The notes under the pieces are model-generated. The model saw nothing but the letters and a program-made list of their open reading frames with translations. It was not told where the DNA came from and made no database searches. A stretch of DNA of 64,000 nucleotides, taken from contig CAWGNJ010000002.1 of NCBI GenBank assembly GCA_963823915.1, positions 79,192 through 143,191 on the forward strand. Direction: 5' to 3'. Each line of letters starts with the position of its first letter. Position 1 is the stretch's first letter. This DNA is from an uncultured Actinomycetota bacterium (GTDB taxonomy: Bacteria > Actinomycetota > Acidimicrobiia > Spongiisociales > UBA4744). Shown here piece after piece: positions 18,461 to 28,915 of the stretch. The translations under genes were made by a program, and so were the position numbers.

Positions 18461-19528
18461 CTAGGTGGCGGTGGCGAGCTTGTTGCCCAACCTCCTGGTC
18501 ATGGCAACAACGGCAACTGCCAGCAGGGCGATCACGCCGAGGCCGATGAGGAGCTCGACCCAGACGTCGCCGAGGCCGGCGTTGTTCAACGACACCTCGA
18601 AGATCGGGTTGATCACCCAATACGTCGGGAACAACTTGGCGATCCATTGCGGCCAATCCGGCCAGATGTAGAACACCGTCGGCCCGATCAGCAGGATCCC
18701 GGTGCCTTTGATGAGCGCGAACACGGAGTTCACGTCCTTGGACGCTGCCCCAAAGATCAAGCCGATCTCCGCACATAACACGGCACCAACCAGCAGCACC
18801 ACGAGGAGCGCAAATGGTTCAGCTCCGAGCGCTCCGTTGAGGAACAGCGTGAACACCGTCATGGCCAGGGCCAGGATCACTCCCAGGATGCCCTTGGCCG
18901 TGATGATTTCACTGAGCTTGACCGGCGTCACGATGAGGGCATTGATAGTGCCCTTCTCGCGCTCGTCGGCGATGCTGAAGGCCGGGAGGAACACCGCCGC
19001 CACGACCAGGGCGTACATCATGATGAACGGCACCAGCCGCACATCGATGGGTAAACCTTCATCGCCCAGAGCAACAACTTCAACATTGACCGGGGGTGGG
19101 GTTCCTTCGATCTCGCGGACCAGATCGATAGTCGTGACTGCCAGGATGATCCGGTTGGAAGCGAGGCTCTCTCCACCCACGTAAAACTCCAGGGGCGGCC
19201 GAGCGCCGGACCGCACCTGGTCGTCGAAGCCGGTCGGCAAGACCAGCCCCGCGTCCAGGTCATTTCCCTCAACTCGAGTCTTCAAATCCTCGGCGTTGTC
19301 GAGCAAGGCCAGATCGATTCCCTCCATGCCCTGTACGGCGGTGGTGATCGTCGAGCTTCCCTGGTCGACGATCCCCAGACGCGGCTGCGGGTCGAACAAC
19401 GATCCGAATGTCACCTGCAGAACCAGCGTGAACATGACGGGGAGGAACAACACCCAAGCGAAGATCGGGGAGCGCGGACCCATGCGGAATTCCTTACCCA
19501 GCACCGTGAAGGTACGTGTCAGGCTCAT
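18461..19528 (-). CDS. ABC-2 type transporter permease
   Basis: Intact. Start set at MSLTRTF (19528), overlapping the upstream stop (ATGA). Large extracytoplasmic loop followed by 5 TM helices. Confidence 0.75.
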   Translation of the reverse strand: MSLTRTFTVLGKEFRMGPRSPIFAWVLFLPVMFTLVLQVTFGSLFDPQPRLGIVDQGSSTITTAVQGMEGIDLALLDNAEDLKTRVEGNDLDAGLVLPTGFDDQVRSGARPPLEFYVGGESLASNRIILAVTTIDLVREIEGTPPPVNVEVVALGDEGLPIDVRLVPFIMMYALVVAAVFLPAFSIADEREKGTINALIVTPVKLSEIITAKGILGVILALAMTVFTLFLNGALGAEPFALLVVLLVGAVLCAEIGLIFGAASKDVNSVFALIKGTGILLIGPTVFYIWPDWPQWIAKLFPTYWVINPIFEVSLNNAGLGDVWVELLIGLGVIALLAVAVVAMTRRLGNKLATAT

Positions 19529-20711
19529 AGCGTCTCCACCTTCCTCTTGAGGATCGTCCAACCAAGCGCAAAGAGAACCACACACCAAGCAAACAGAGCT
19601 CCAACGTCCGGCAAAGCCTCCGCCCACCCATCACCGTAGGTCGACACTTTGACGAGGCCTTGGACTAGCGGAAAAGAGGGGATGGCTCGAATCCACCCTG
19701 AAGCGGTGCCGGGGAACAACACGGTGAACGCCGGGATCATCAGTGGAACCATGAACAACATCCCGTAGAACAGATTGCTGAGGAAGTCCCGTCCGAGAGA
19801 GCCGGCAATCATGGCGGCCCCCGAAACCATGACGGCTCCCAGCAACATCAGGGTGATGATCAGGATCGGTTCGTTGCCCAGAACGTTGATTGCGGCCAGC
19901 AGTATCACCGCCTGGCCCAACCCGAGGACAACACCGCCGATCCCCTTGGCCGCCAACACATCCCCGATGGTCGCGGGGGTGGCCAGGATGGCCGACACCG
20001 TCCGTGACTGAACCTCGCGAGCGATCGAGAGAGGACATCCCGAACATCTCCATCAGCAGGATCAGGAAAACCAACATGGGGCGGAAGCTCTCCTGCGGGC
20101 TGACCTGATTGCCGACCCGATCCTCACCCAGCACCGTATAGATCTCGGTTGGGTTCGAGGTGCCGACCGGCAGAGGGCTCCCGGCAACGGCGAAGGCCAT
20201 CTCCTTGACCAGGCTGGACATTGATGACTTCAGTTCTGCCGGAACCTGTGCGTCGACGAAGATCTCCACGGAGGTCTCTTGGCCGGCGGCGGCGGCCGCC
20301 AGAAAGCCGTCGGGGAATGCCATCCCAATTCCGATGTTGACCTTCTCGGCTCCCGCCGGTTTCTCCTGGTCTGATTCGGGGTCAACAACGATCGTCATAC
20401 CGTCTTTTTGCCAGGCGTCGGCTTCTCTGGCCACCACCAAGCGCATCACATCGGCGGAGTCGAACGGCACCAACCGCAGGCCTTCTTCTTCAGTGGTTTC
20501 CAGACCCGTCAAGACCGCTGGGTCGCCTAATCCGGAGATCCCGACCGGGATCGATTCGTCCACCTGGTCGGGCAAGAACCCAGAAAATCACGATCATGAA
20601 GATGAGCACCAGGAGCGTGAGGAACATCCACAACCGATCGCGGCTGTATTCCTTCAGGTCCTTCTTGACGATCGACCCGATGATGGACGCGCGCGAGACG
20701 GGCCTGCTCAT
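19525..20711 (-). CDS. ABC-2 type transporter permease, frame-interrupted
   Basis: Pieces 20490-20711 (N-terminal TM), 19631-20575 (loop) and 19525-19998 (TM bundle) join. Paralog of the downstream permease. Confidence 0.65.
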
Positions 20712-21574
20712 CCCTCCAGCCCCCTCCCGGTCATCTGGATGAAGATGGCCTCGAGAGTGGCTTCTTCGGTATGGATCGTCATCAAGTCGGGCGAACCGAC
20801 CGCGGCCCGCAACACCTCGCCGGCCCCGGCTTCATCGAGCGAAACGAGTCTGCTCGTTGACACCGGCCTCCGCGCGGGTCCGCACCCGCACCGACCGCTT
20901 GCCGTGCTTGAGTTTCAGATCCTCCGGGGTGTCAACTGCATACAACTTGCCTTCATTGATGAAGGCCACCCGGTTGGAGAGCTCATCGGCTTCATTCATG
21001 TCGTGGGTGGTCAGCAACACGGCGGCGCCCCGGTCGGCCTCCTGTTGGATGAGTTTGCGGATGGCCTGCGAGGACACGGGGTCCAACCCATCGGTGGGCT
21101 CATCGAGAAACAGCACCTTGGGGGTGTTGACCAGGGTCCGGGCCATCATGAGCCGTTGCTTCATGCCCTTCGAGTATTTGGCCACACGATCCTTGGCCCG
21201 ATCGGCCAGACCAACCCGCCGCAGCAGTTCATCGGTGTCAACATCCTTGATCCCGAAGAGGCTGGCGTAGAACTTGAGGTTCTCGGCTCCGGACATGCTG
21301 TCGTAGAGGTTCTTCTCTTCGAAACACACTCCGATCTGGGCCTGCATCTCAGGATCGTCCTTGGTCACGTCGACACCCAGCACCTGGGCCTTGCCCGACT
21401 TGGGGGTCAGCTGGCCGGTGAGGATCTTGATGGTCGTGGACTTGCCCGCCCCGTTGGGTCCCAGAAAACCGAGGATCTCGCCGGGCGCCACCTCGAAGCT
21501 GATGCCGCCGGACCGCTTCGCAGATCGCCGTAGGCGAAGGTGATGTTGTCGACTTTGATGGCGGCTTCCGTCAT
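20708..21574 (-). CDS. ABC transporter ATP-binding protein, frame-interrupted
   Basis: MTEAAIKVDNITFAYG.., GPNGAGKSTTIKIL, YSKGMKQRLMMART, LFLDEPTDGLD. C-terminus TLEAIFIQMTG lies in a third frame. Stop overlaps the permease ATG. Confidence 0.8.
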
Positions 21575-22035
21575 GCTTTCGTTCCTCTCGTTCCAACGGT
21601 TCTTGACCGCTTCGAATTCTTTCTCAAAAAAGGAGTACACGTCGTGCATTTCTTCGAGCCGTTCACGAGCCTCATCACTGGGATCGAGAGACAAGGCTTC
21701 GTCGACAGTGCGGCGGATGTAGCCAATCGCGGCGAACTTCCTGGCCAGGATCGTTCCCCACGACTCCTTTGACGATCCGATAGTGAGCCTCGCGGGAACC
21801 GCGTACCCGGTAGCGCTCGACCAAATCGATGCCAATCAGGAACTGGGTGGCATTGCTCACTGAAGCCTTGCTGACCTCGAGTTCCTCGACCAGATTCGCT
21901 GGTCGAGAGTCCTTCGCCTTCGGCCAATGTGAGAGCGGTGTAAATCCGGGCGACGGTGTGCGGAAACCCCACCTCTTCCAGCATCCTGGTGAGCCGCTCG
22001 TCCATAGCCCGCCAGCGTTTGCCACGATCGTCCAC
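21575..22035 (-). CDS. GbsR/MarR-like winged-helix regulator, frame-interrupted
   Basis: Three frames join (MLEEVGFPHTVARIYTALTLAEGEGLS / LVEELEVSKASVSNATQFLIGIDLVERYRV / ARKFAAIGYIRRTVDEAL). 3' end not resolved. Confidence 0.5.
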
Positions 22036-22050
22036 TGCACTCCTTCCGTC

Positions 22051-22078
22051 ATAACATTCAGTTAGTTGTGAACGTTAT
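22051..22078. promoter_or_regulatory. imperfect inverted repeat ATAACATTCAG-N6-GTGAACGTTAT just upstream of the GbsR/MarR-like gene
   Basis: 9 of 11 arm positions pair. Confidence 0.35.
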
Positions 22079-22274
22079 AAACTATATCCGATCTGGGAAT
22101 GGAACGCTAGGGGATTTCGTCCCATCGTGAAGACCCCACTCGACCGGGATCATGGGCTGCGCTCTAATATGAGGAATGCCGGCGACGTTTGTCGGGATTC
22201 GAATCCGGTATGCACTCGTTTCACCGTCAAACAGCGGATCGCCATTGCTGCCCCTGTGGTCCTGATGGCGCACC

Positions 22275-22842
22275 ATGTACCCGGTATTCCGTATTCTCGA
22301 TTCGGCTTTCGGCGACCAGCTCGACGGGTACCTGGGCTGGTATCTCGGGTTGGTTACTTACTGGATCGTGTGGGGAGCCGGGTTCTCAATTTGGATGCTC
22401 GGTCTTCCGAGGATCCGCCAAATGCTTCGGCCCCGCCGGCCCACCATCCGGCTAATCCTGCTGATCGCCTTCCCGGTTCTCATGGCGGTGCGGTGCTGCT
22501 CCTCCCCGGCATGAGATACAGAAGCTGACCATCGGGGTGCTCCTGTTGCTGGTCTCCACAACGATCGGCAACGGGCTCTTCGAAGAGACCCTCTGGCGAG
22601 GCGTATACCTAGAGCTGTTTCGAGATCGCAGGTTCTGGCGGGTTGCGTGGGCAAGCGTCTGGTTCGGTCTGTGGCATGTGATCCCCGTGTCCATCAACGC
22701 CGAAACCGTCGTTGACGTCATCCCGATGGTCGTCGGATCGATGTTGTTCGGTTTCTACCTGGCCTTCTTGGCCAAGAAGACCGACTCGGTCTGGTGGCCG
22801 ATGATTGCCCACTTTCTTGGCGGGATCGTGATGATTTCGTGA
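22275..22842 (+). CDS. CPBP-family intramembrane metalloprotease, frame-interrupted
   Basis: GLFEETLWRG, FGLWH and IAHFLGG motifs in 22537-22842. TM N-terminus in 22275-22514. Confidence 0.75.
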
Positions 22843-22937
22843 GCAGCGACCGGCAACCAGTCACGAATCATCACTCAGCGGCTCACAAGAGCAAGGGCCC
22901 CCGTGCGGGGCCTCCCTGGAAGAACCCAACCAAGACA

Positions 22938-22961
22938 AGAGAAGGGCCCGGGCCCTTCTCT
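22938..22961. terminator. 12-bp perfect palindrome between convergent CPBP and PadR genes
   Basis: agagaagggccc|gggcccttctct. Confidence 0.55.
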
Positions 22962-23587
22962 CAAACGTCCGCTTTCTCTTCTTTGAATCGCTTGATTCGC
23001 TCAGCGACGTCCTCGACTTCTTGTTCGAGATCGCGCTGATACTCCTCGAGCATCGCCAGCCGGTCTTCTTCGGACCAGCCCGGCCGTCCGTGTCCCTCAC
23101 CGGGACCGCAGGGTCCGGCCACCGGCCCGTGACCCATCAGGTGATGGTGCATCATCATGCGATGGCGCATCATTCTCCGTCTACTCACTCTGTCTCCTTC
23201 TCGATACCGCTCCAAAAAGGCGGTGATCGTTTCGTTTGCTTCACCAAGGGCCTCGGCCCAGGTGTCGAGCAAGGACTCGCCTTGTTCGGTGAGCCGGTAG
23301 GTGCGCCGATTGCGGCCGGGGAGATCGTCGCGCCACTCGGATTCGACGATGCCTTCGGCCTTCCAGCGCCCGCAGCATGCGGTAGAGGTTTCCCATGTCG
23401 ATCCGCTCGGCGGGCAACATCTCGGCCAGGTTGTCGGCCAGCTCGTATCCGTGGGTCGACCCGTTCTGCAGGATCAGCAGCAGAGCCGGCTCAATGAACC
23501 GTTCGACCCGGGCATGGACTCGCCACTGGCCGGACCATGCTGCGTCTGCTCCGTGACCGGTGTCCTCGGTGATGTGGATGTGGCATG
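22961..23587 (-). CDS. PadR-family regulator with Met/His-rich insert, frame-interrupted
   Basis: Hand translation upstream of ORF 22961-23272 gives FIEPALLLILQNGSTHGYELADNL..NLYRMLRALE and AEGIVESEWRDD..RRTYRLTEQG, with one extra base near 23360. Start near 23587 is uncertain. Confidence 0.65.
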
Positions 23588-23597
23588 TGAGAATGGT

Positions 23598-23616
23598 ATA
23601 TGTGTTTCACATATAT
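23598..23616. promoter_or_regulatory. perfect inverted repeat TATATGTG-ttt-CACATATA upstream of the PadR gene
   Basis: Read directly, 11 nt beyond the putative start at 23587. Confidence 0.45.
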
Positions 23617-23656
23617 GTCAACAACATTGTTACTGACATATTCCATTACCGACTGT

Positions 23657-23704
23657 TTTAGCGTCAATCTTGCACCACCGGTGGAGTCAATTTGACGTCA
23701 AAAA
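23657..23704. repeat. nested-hairpin repeat, diverged copy
   Basis: TTTTAGCGTCAA..TTGACGTCAAAA (10 of 12 bases pair). Inner stem CCACC/GGTGG. Confidence 0.55.
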
Positions 23705-23779
23705 ACTCACGAAGCTGGGGCAATCTATCCGGACTACCGTTCTGATCATGGCTCCCCGCTAGGAATATCGGGTTTGGGC

Positions 23780-24325
23780 AGAGGACCTCAGCGAATTGCG
23801 ATGCCAGGTGGCCGCTCTTGCGAGCCCCTTGGTGTGCGGGTCAGCCAGGAGACGTATCTGGTCGGTTCCCCAGGACGACCAACGCCAAGATCCGAGCCGG
23901 GATCCTCGAAGTCAAGCGCCTCCTCAAGACCGACCGAGCCTTTCAACTCTGGACTCCGACGCTCAAGGAACCCTTTCCCCTGGCGGCTGCGACCGTCAGC
24001 GAGGTTCTGGCGATCGTATTGGGATCCGATTCGCCGCGGTCAGAAATGTCCTCCTTCGAGATGGCCAACTTCCTTGCCCAGGCAAAAAGGGCCGGGGTGA
24101 TCGTGGCCGAGGTGTCCAAGAGACCGCGACGGCTACTGGCACGAGGGTTGCCTCTTGGAATTTGCCGAGGTGACCATGGGTGGGTCTACCCTGCACACGG
24201 TGGCAATCGAGTCTGAAGACTTGGAAACCGCCGGCGACCTGGCGGCGCAGATTGGGCATCGCCACTCTCCCCAACCAGAGCTATCCGATGAGCGATCCGG
24301 CACACGCTGCACATATGAGAAGATG
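23780..24325 (+). pseudogene. possible disrupted CDS, unrecognised
   Basis: Protein-like text is split over three plus frames (IRAGILEVKRLLKTDRAFQLWT..EMSSFEMANFLAQAKRAGVIVAE, then LEFAEVTMGGSTLHTVAIESEDLETAGDLAAQIG). No family recognised. Confidence 0.2.
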
Positions 24326-24330
24326 ACGAC

Positions 24331-24800
24331 ATGGGCATCGAAATCGAGCGCAAATTCCTGATCGCCACCGAAGACTGGCGCGGCCTGGCGCAGGGTTTGG
24401 ACTACCGGCAGGGATACCTCTCTACGGCAAAGAGCGGACCGTGCGAGTACGAACGATCGGCGCCCAAGGCTATTTGACGATCAAGGGAATCTCGATCGGG
24501 GCCAGCCGAACGGAGTATGAATACGAGATCCCGGTCGATGACGCCCACGAGCTACTCGACGAGCTGTGCTTGCGGCCCCTCATCGAGAAGCGCCGGCACC
24601 GGGTCCCCTTCGGCGGGTTGATCTGGGAGATCGACGAGTTCTTCGGCGAGAATCACGGGTTGATCGTCGCCGAAGTCGAACTGACCTCCGAGGATCAAGA
24701 CGTCGAACTCCCACCGTGGATCGGTGAGGAGGTCACCGGCGATCCGCGCTACTTCAATTCCAGTCTCGTCGAACGCCCCTTCTCCACCTGGAACGACTGA
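24331..24800 (+). CDS. CYTH domain protein (triphosphatase / class IV cyclase fold), frame-interrupted
   Basis: MGIEIERKFLIA start. ORF 24441-24800 continues RVRTIGAQGYLTIKG..EYEYEI..WEIDEF..AEVEL. Break at the A-run 24429-24431. Confidence 0.8.
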
Positions 24801-24807
24801 CCAAGAC

Positions 24808-24858
24808 GGTTTTGGCGTCGCACAGACACGCACACCGTGCTTCCACGACGCCAAAACC
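24808..24858. repeat. nested-hairpin repeat, copy 3
   Basis: GGTTTTGGCGTCG / CGACGCCAAAACC. Inner stem CACG/CGTG (24827-24839). Between convergent stops 24800 and 24863. Confidence 0.9.
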
Positions 24859-24862
24859 TGAA

Positions 24863-26308
24863 TCAATCCTCCAGATTGACGTAGATGTGCTTGGTTTCGA
24901 GGAAAGACTCAAGACCGTGCTGGCCTAATTCTCGGCCGACACCGGATTGCTTGTAGCCGCCCCACATGGCTTCAGAGGGCGCCGGTTGGGTGTCGTTGAT
25001 CCACACGATCCCGGCCCGCAATGCTCGAGAAACCTTCAGCGCCTTGGTGATGTCATTGGTCCACACCGAAGCGGCCAGACCGTAGATCGAGTCGTTGGCG
25101 ATCCTGACGGCTTCATCGACATCGTCGAAGGGGATCACCGCCATCACGGGCCCGAAGATCTCCTCCCGGGCAATCGTCATCTGGTTGTCGACGTCCGCAA
25201 AGATCGTCGGGGGAACGCAAGTACCCGCCGGCCAACTTGGCATCCGATGGTCTCTCGCCTTCGAAAACCAATCGGGCACCTGACTCCTTGCCGATCTCGA
25301 TGTACTTCTCCACCCGTCGTGGTGCTCGGAGGTCACCATCGGACCCATCGTCGTATCCGGGTCCATACCGTCGCCCAACTTCAGGTCGGCGGCGTATTGG
25401 CTCATCGCCTCCAGCGCCTCGTCGTAGATCGACCTTTCGACCAGGACCCGCGAACCGGCCGAGCACACCTCGCCCTGGTTGTAAAAGACCCCGATGGCGC
25501 TTCCCTCATAGGCATCAGCAAGGGTGGCGTCGGAGAACACGAGATTCGGGGACTTCCCGCCCAGTTCCATCGTCACTCGCTTCATGGTTTCGGCCGCCAG
25601 CTTGGTGATCCGCTTCCCCACCTCATCCGACCCGGTGAAGGAGATCTTGTCGACTCCAGGGTGGGTTACGAGAGCATCACCGACGCTGGAGCCCGGTCCG
25701 TTCAGCACGTTGAACACCCCGGGAGGGAGGCCGGCTTCGTCGAGTATCCGGGCCAATTCCAGGGACGACAGCGGTGTCGGTGTGGCAGGCTTGAGGATGG
25801 CCGTACAACCCGCCGCCAGCGCTGGAGCCATCTTCTGACTGGCCATCAACACCGGGTAGTTCCACGGCGTTATCAACGCTGCTACTCCCACCGGTTCCTT
25901 GACGATCAGACTCATTGCATCCGGGCCGACCGGTGGAATGGACCCCATGACCTTGGTGGTCCATCCGGCGTAGTACTCGAACATGAAGGCCGACTCATCG
26001 AATCCTCCAAGGCGTCGGAATACAGCTTTCCGTTGTCTCTCGTCTCCAACTCGGCGAGCTTCTCGCGGTCACGACGCATGATCTCGGCCGCCCGGAAGAG
26101 GATGGTTGCCCGCTCGCGGGGAGAAGATCAGGCCCCCACGGGCCTTCGTCAAAAGCTCTTCGAGCCGCAGCGACTGCCTTGTCGACGTCGGCGGGCGATC
26201 CGGCGGCATACTCGGCAATCACCTCTCCAGTCGCCGGGTTTCGAGTTTGGCGGGATCGCCCTCGAGGGCGTCGGTCCACGTTCCATCGATATAGAGCTGC
26301 GCGGTCAT
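24863..26308 (-). CDS. NAD(P)-dependent aldehyde dehydrogenase, frame-interrupted
   Basis: ITPWNYP, FTGS, MELGGKSP, NQGEVCSAGSR, EEIFGPV. Start at MTAQLYIDG (ATG 26308, GGAGG upstream). At least 4 breaks. Confidence 0.85.
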
Positions 26309-26327
26309 GCTGCCTCCAGGCGGCCGG

Positions 26328-26956
26328 TTATGTCTGACGCTAGCGGTCCCGACTTCCACGAGTCCCGCGGCGGCCCTCAGGTGTTGGGACGCGGAAACTG
26401 CTGTGAGAACGAATCGGACGGTCGCCCCGGCCAGCCGGGCAATATCGGAGGTCTCCTCGGCGATCCGACCAGGATTAGCCCTTTCCCTGATGAAGGCCGC
26501 ATCGACCTCGGGGTCGAGATCCTGGCGGAAGACCCCTTCCGCGACACCTTCCTCGAGGATCTCCACGACGATTCCTTCGGTCCGGCTGCGGTGGGTCCGC
26601 AGTTCCTCCTGCGCCCGCGGAGACAGGCTTCCCTCCAGAGCGGTCAGAGCATGAGGCGTGGGCGCCCATCGTCACCGCGTGCCGGATGAGTTGCTCGAGT
26701 TTGGCGGCTGCTCCCTCGTGTCCCTCCAACAACTGGCGAACCTGGTCGAAACCCAATCGTTCGTGCTGCTCAATGACCGCGGTCACGATGCTTTCCACAT
26801 CCGGGATAGTGGTTGTAGAGAGTCTGGCGGGCCACGCCGGCCTGCCGGGCCACCGCGGACATGGTGACTCCCGCCAGGCCACGCTTCCGAGATCAACATC
26901 ATTGCCGCCTCGGCAATCCGCTCCTGGGCGGACGGCTTCGAGCCCGATCCCTCCAT
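26328..26956 (-). CDS. TetR-family regulator, frame-interrupted
   Basis: MEGSGSKPSAQERIAEAAM.. then VARQAGVARQTLYNHYPDVESIV (HTH) and EILEEGVAEGVFRQDLDPEV. 3' end uncertain (TAA 26328 in another frame). Confidence 0.6.
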
Positions 26957-26957
26957 G

Positions 26958-27809
26958 TCAGACCTTCCGGTAGAGGCGGGTCGTCAAGGGAATGAAGACG
27001 GCCAGGAGGCACGATGATCCAGATGACGGCATACAGCGAGTCCGATCCGGCCGGTCGGCCGTCGACCAGGGCCCGCACCGCATCCGAGGCCACCGAGATC
27101 GGCTGGTTGTCGGCGAACGCCTTGAGCCACTTGGGCATGGTGGCGGTGGGGGTGAACGGCGCTGCTGGCCATCATCAGCGGGAACAGCCAGAACATGCTC
27201 AACATCCCCACCATCTCCGGGTTGCGGAGCTTGGCGGCGATCGCGGCGCCCAGCCACGAAAGGCGTAGCCGATCCCGATCGTCAGGGCGATGGCAGCAAC
27301 GGCTCCCCCGAACGAAGGGAAGCGGAAGCCCATCAGGTACCCGACTCCGGCGACCAGCAACACGCCGATCACGTTGCGGACCGGCGTCGGCCACGGTCCG
27401 GCCGGCGATCACCGCTACCTGATTCATCGGCAGCGAGCGGAACCGGTTGATCACCCCTTCCGAAAGATCCTGGGCAAGCCCGGTACTGGTCTGCTGGGCA
27501 CCCTGCAGGGCGGTGATCACAAACACTCCGGGGACCAGGAACTGGATGTAGTCGACCCCGGTGCCGGCCGCCGATCGCACCACCAAACACGTAGTTGAAC
27601 AGCAGCAGGAAGAACATCCCCATGATCACCGCAAAGGCGAGCATCTCGGGTTGGCGGGCGGTGCGGACCATGTCCCGCCAGGTGATGGTGGCAGTGTCCT
27701 GAAATGCCCAGCGGATTTGTCTGAGGGTCGGAGCGGGGAATCTGAGATCAGTCACGAGAAGACCTCCAATCAGGCGTGGCGCCGTAGGTGTGGGTGAGGA
27801 AGACGTCAT
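26958..27809 (-). CDS. ABC-2 type (DrrB-like) permease, frame-interrupted
   Basis: TM text spread over 27369-27809, 26984-27586, 26958-27257 and 26899-27138 (ITWRDMVRTARQPEMLAFAVIMGMFF, INRFRSLPM). Confidence 0.6.
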
Positions 27810-28727
27810 CCAGGGTGGGCCGCCGATAGTGGAAGTCGACGACCGGGATTCCGGAATCCTCGATGCGGCGGAGCAGACCGAGGCTGCTCGCCGAACCCCC
27901 GGTGACCGGAATGGTTAGTTGCTTGGCAGCCGGGTCAGTGCCGAAATCATCCACGATTCCTCTCAGCGCCTCCACTGCCAGGTTGAGATCATCCTCCGAG
28001 GTGAAGTGCACGTCGAGGACGTCCCGCTTCAATTCGTCCTTGAGTTCCCGAGCGGTCCCGGTGGCGACGGCTCGCCCTTCGTCCATGATCAAGATGTAGT
28101 CGGCCAGCCGGTCTGCCTCTTCCAGGTATTGCGTCGTGAGCACGACGGCGGTTCCCGCGTCGGCCAATCCCCGGATCTCCTCCCACAGCTCGACCCGGCT
28201 GCGGGGATCGAGGCCGGTCGTTGGTTCATCCAGGAACAACGCCAGCGGGTTGGCAATCAAGCTGGCGACCACATCGAGCCTCCGGTGTTGTCCCCCGAGT
28301 AGGTCCCTACCGTCCGGTCGCGCATATTCGGACATCCGGAACCGTTCGATCAGCTCCTCAACCCGGGCACGGCGCTCGCGTCTTGGGAATCTTGTACAGA
28401 CGGCCGAACAGTCTGCAGGTTCTCACGCGCCGTGAGTTTCTCGTCGACCGCCGCGGCCTGTCCGGCCAATCCGATGACCTGGCGAACCGACCTCCGGCTC
28501 GTGGTCAGGTCGAATCCGGCTACCGACGCTTTGCCGCGGTCGATGGGAAGCAGGGTCGTCAGCATGTTGATGGTGGTGGTCTTGCCCGCTCCGTTGGGTC
28601 CCAGCAGGGCAAAGACGCTGCCGGCCCAAGCCTCAAAACTCAGATCCCGCACCGCCTCGGTGTCGCCGTAGGATTTGTGCAGGCCCTCGGCCACAATGAC
28701 CGGCGTGCCTTTCGAGATTGCTGTCAT
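27748..28727 (-). CDS. ABC transporter ATP-binding protein (DrrA-like), frame-interrupted
   Basis: Start at MTAISKG (AAGGAG upstream), GPNGAGKTTTINML, LFLDEPTTGLDP, VVLTTQYLEEAD. Break near 28340. 3' end overlaps the permease start. Confidence 0.8.
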
Positions 28728-28764
28728 TCGACAAGACTCCTTGAGGGATGTGAGCGACACCATA

Positions 28765-28799
28765 TAGACATTCTGTCTACATTGCAAGACAGTTCGTCT
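28765..28799. promoter_or_regulatory. two adjacent AGACA..GTCTA palindromes upstream of the DrrA/DrrB/TetR/ALDH operon
   Basis: TAGACA-ttc-TGTCTA (28765-28779) and AGACAgttcGTCT (28787-28799). Confidence 0.4.
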
Positions 28800-28915
28800 A
28801 GATAGGGTCGGGGCTACGGCAACCCTTCAACTTCGCCCACCACTAGAGACCGGCCAGGCGCCAGTCTCGGATAGAGCAACGCAACCTGAAAGCCTCGGTG
28901 TTTCTGCCGGCTCCG

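Noticed and set aside
20160-21533. 457-aa plus-strand ORF, with similar long ORFs at 40714-41748 and 41157-42365 (minus strand)
   Set aside because: These are antisense shadows of the ABC ATPase/permease genes and of clpB. No recognisable domains.
22194-22206. GGGATTCGAATCC, a tRNA T-arm-like sequence upstream of the CPBP gene
   Set aside because: I could not build acceptor, D or anticodon stems around it. It is not a tRNA gene and is at most a remnant or a chance match.
24947-26689. 580-aa plus-strand ORF, the longest in this region
   Set aside because: It is antisense to the aldehyde dehydrogenase and TetR genes, and its translation is Arg/Pro/Gly-rich low-complexity text. This is the typical shadow ORF of GC-rich DNA. 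The minus strand carries clear ALDH motifs.
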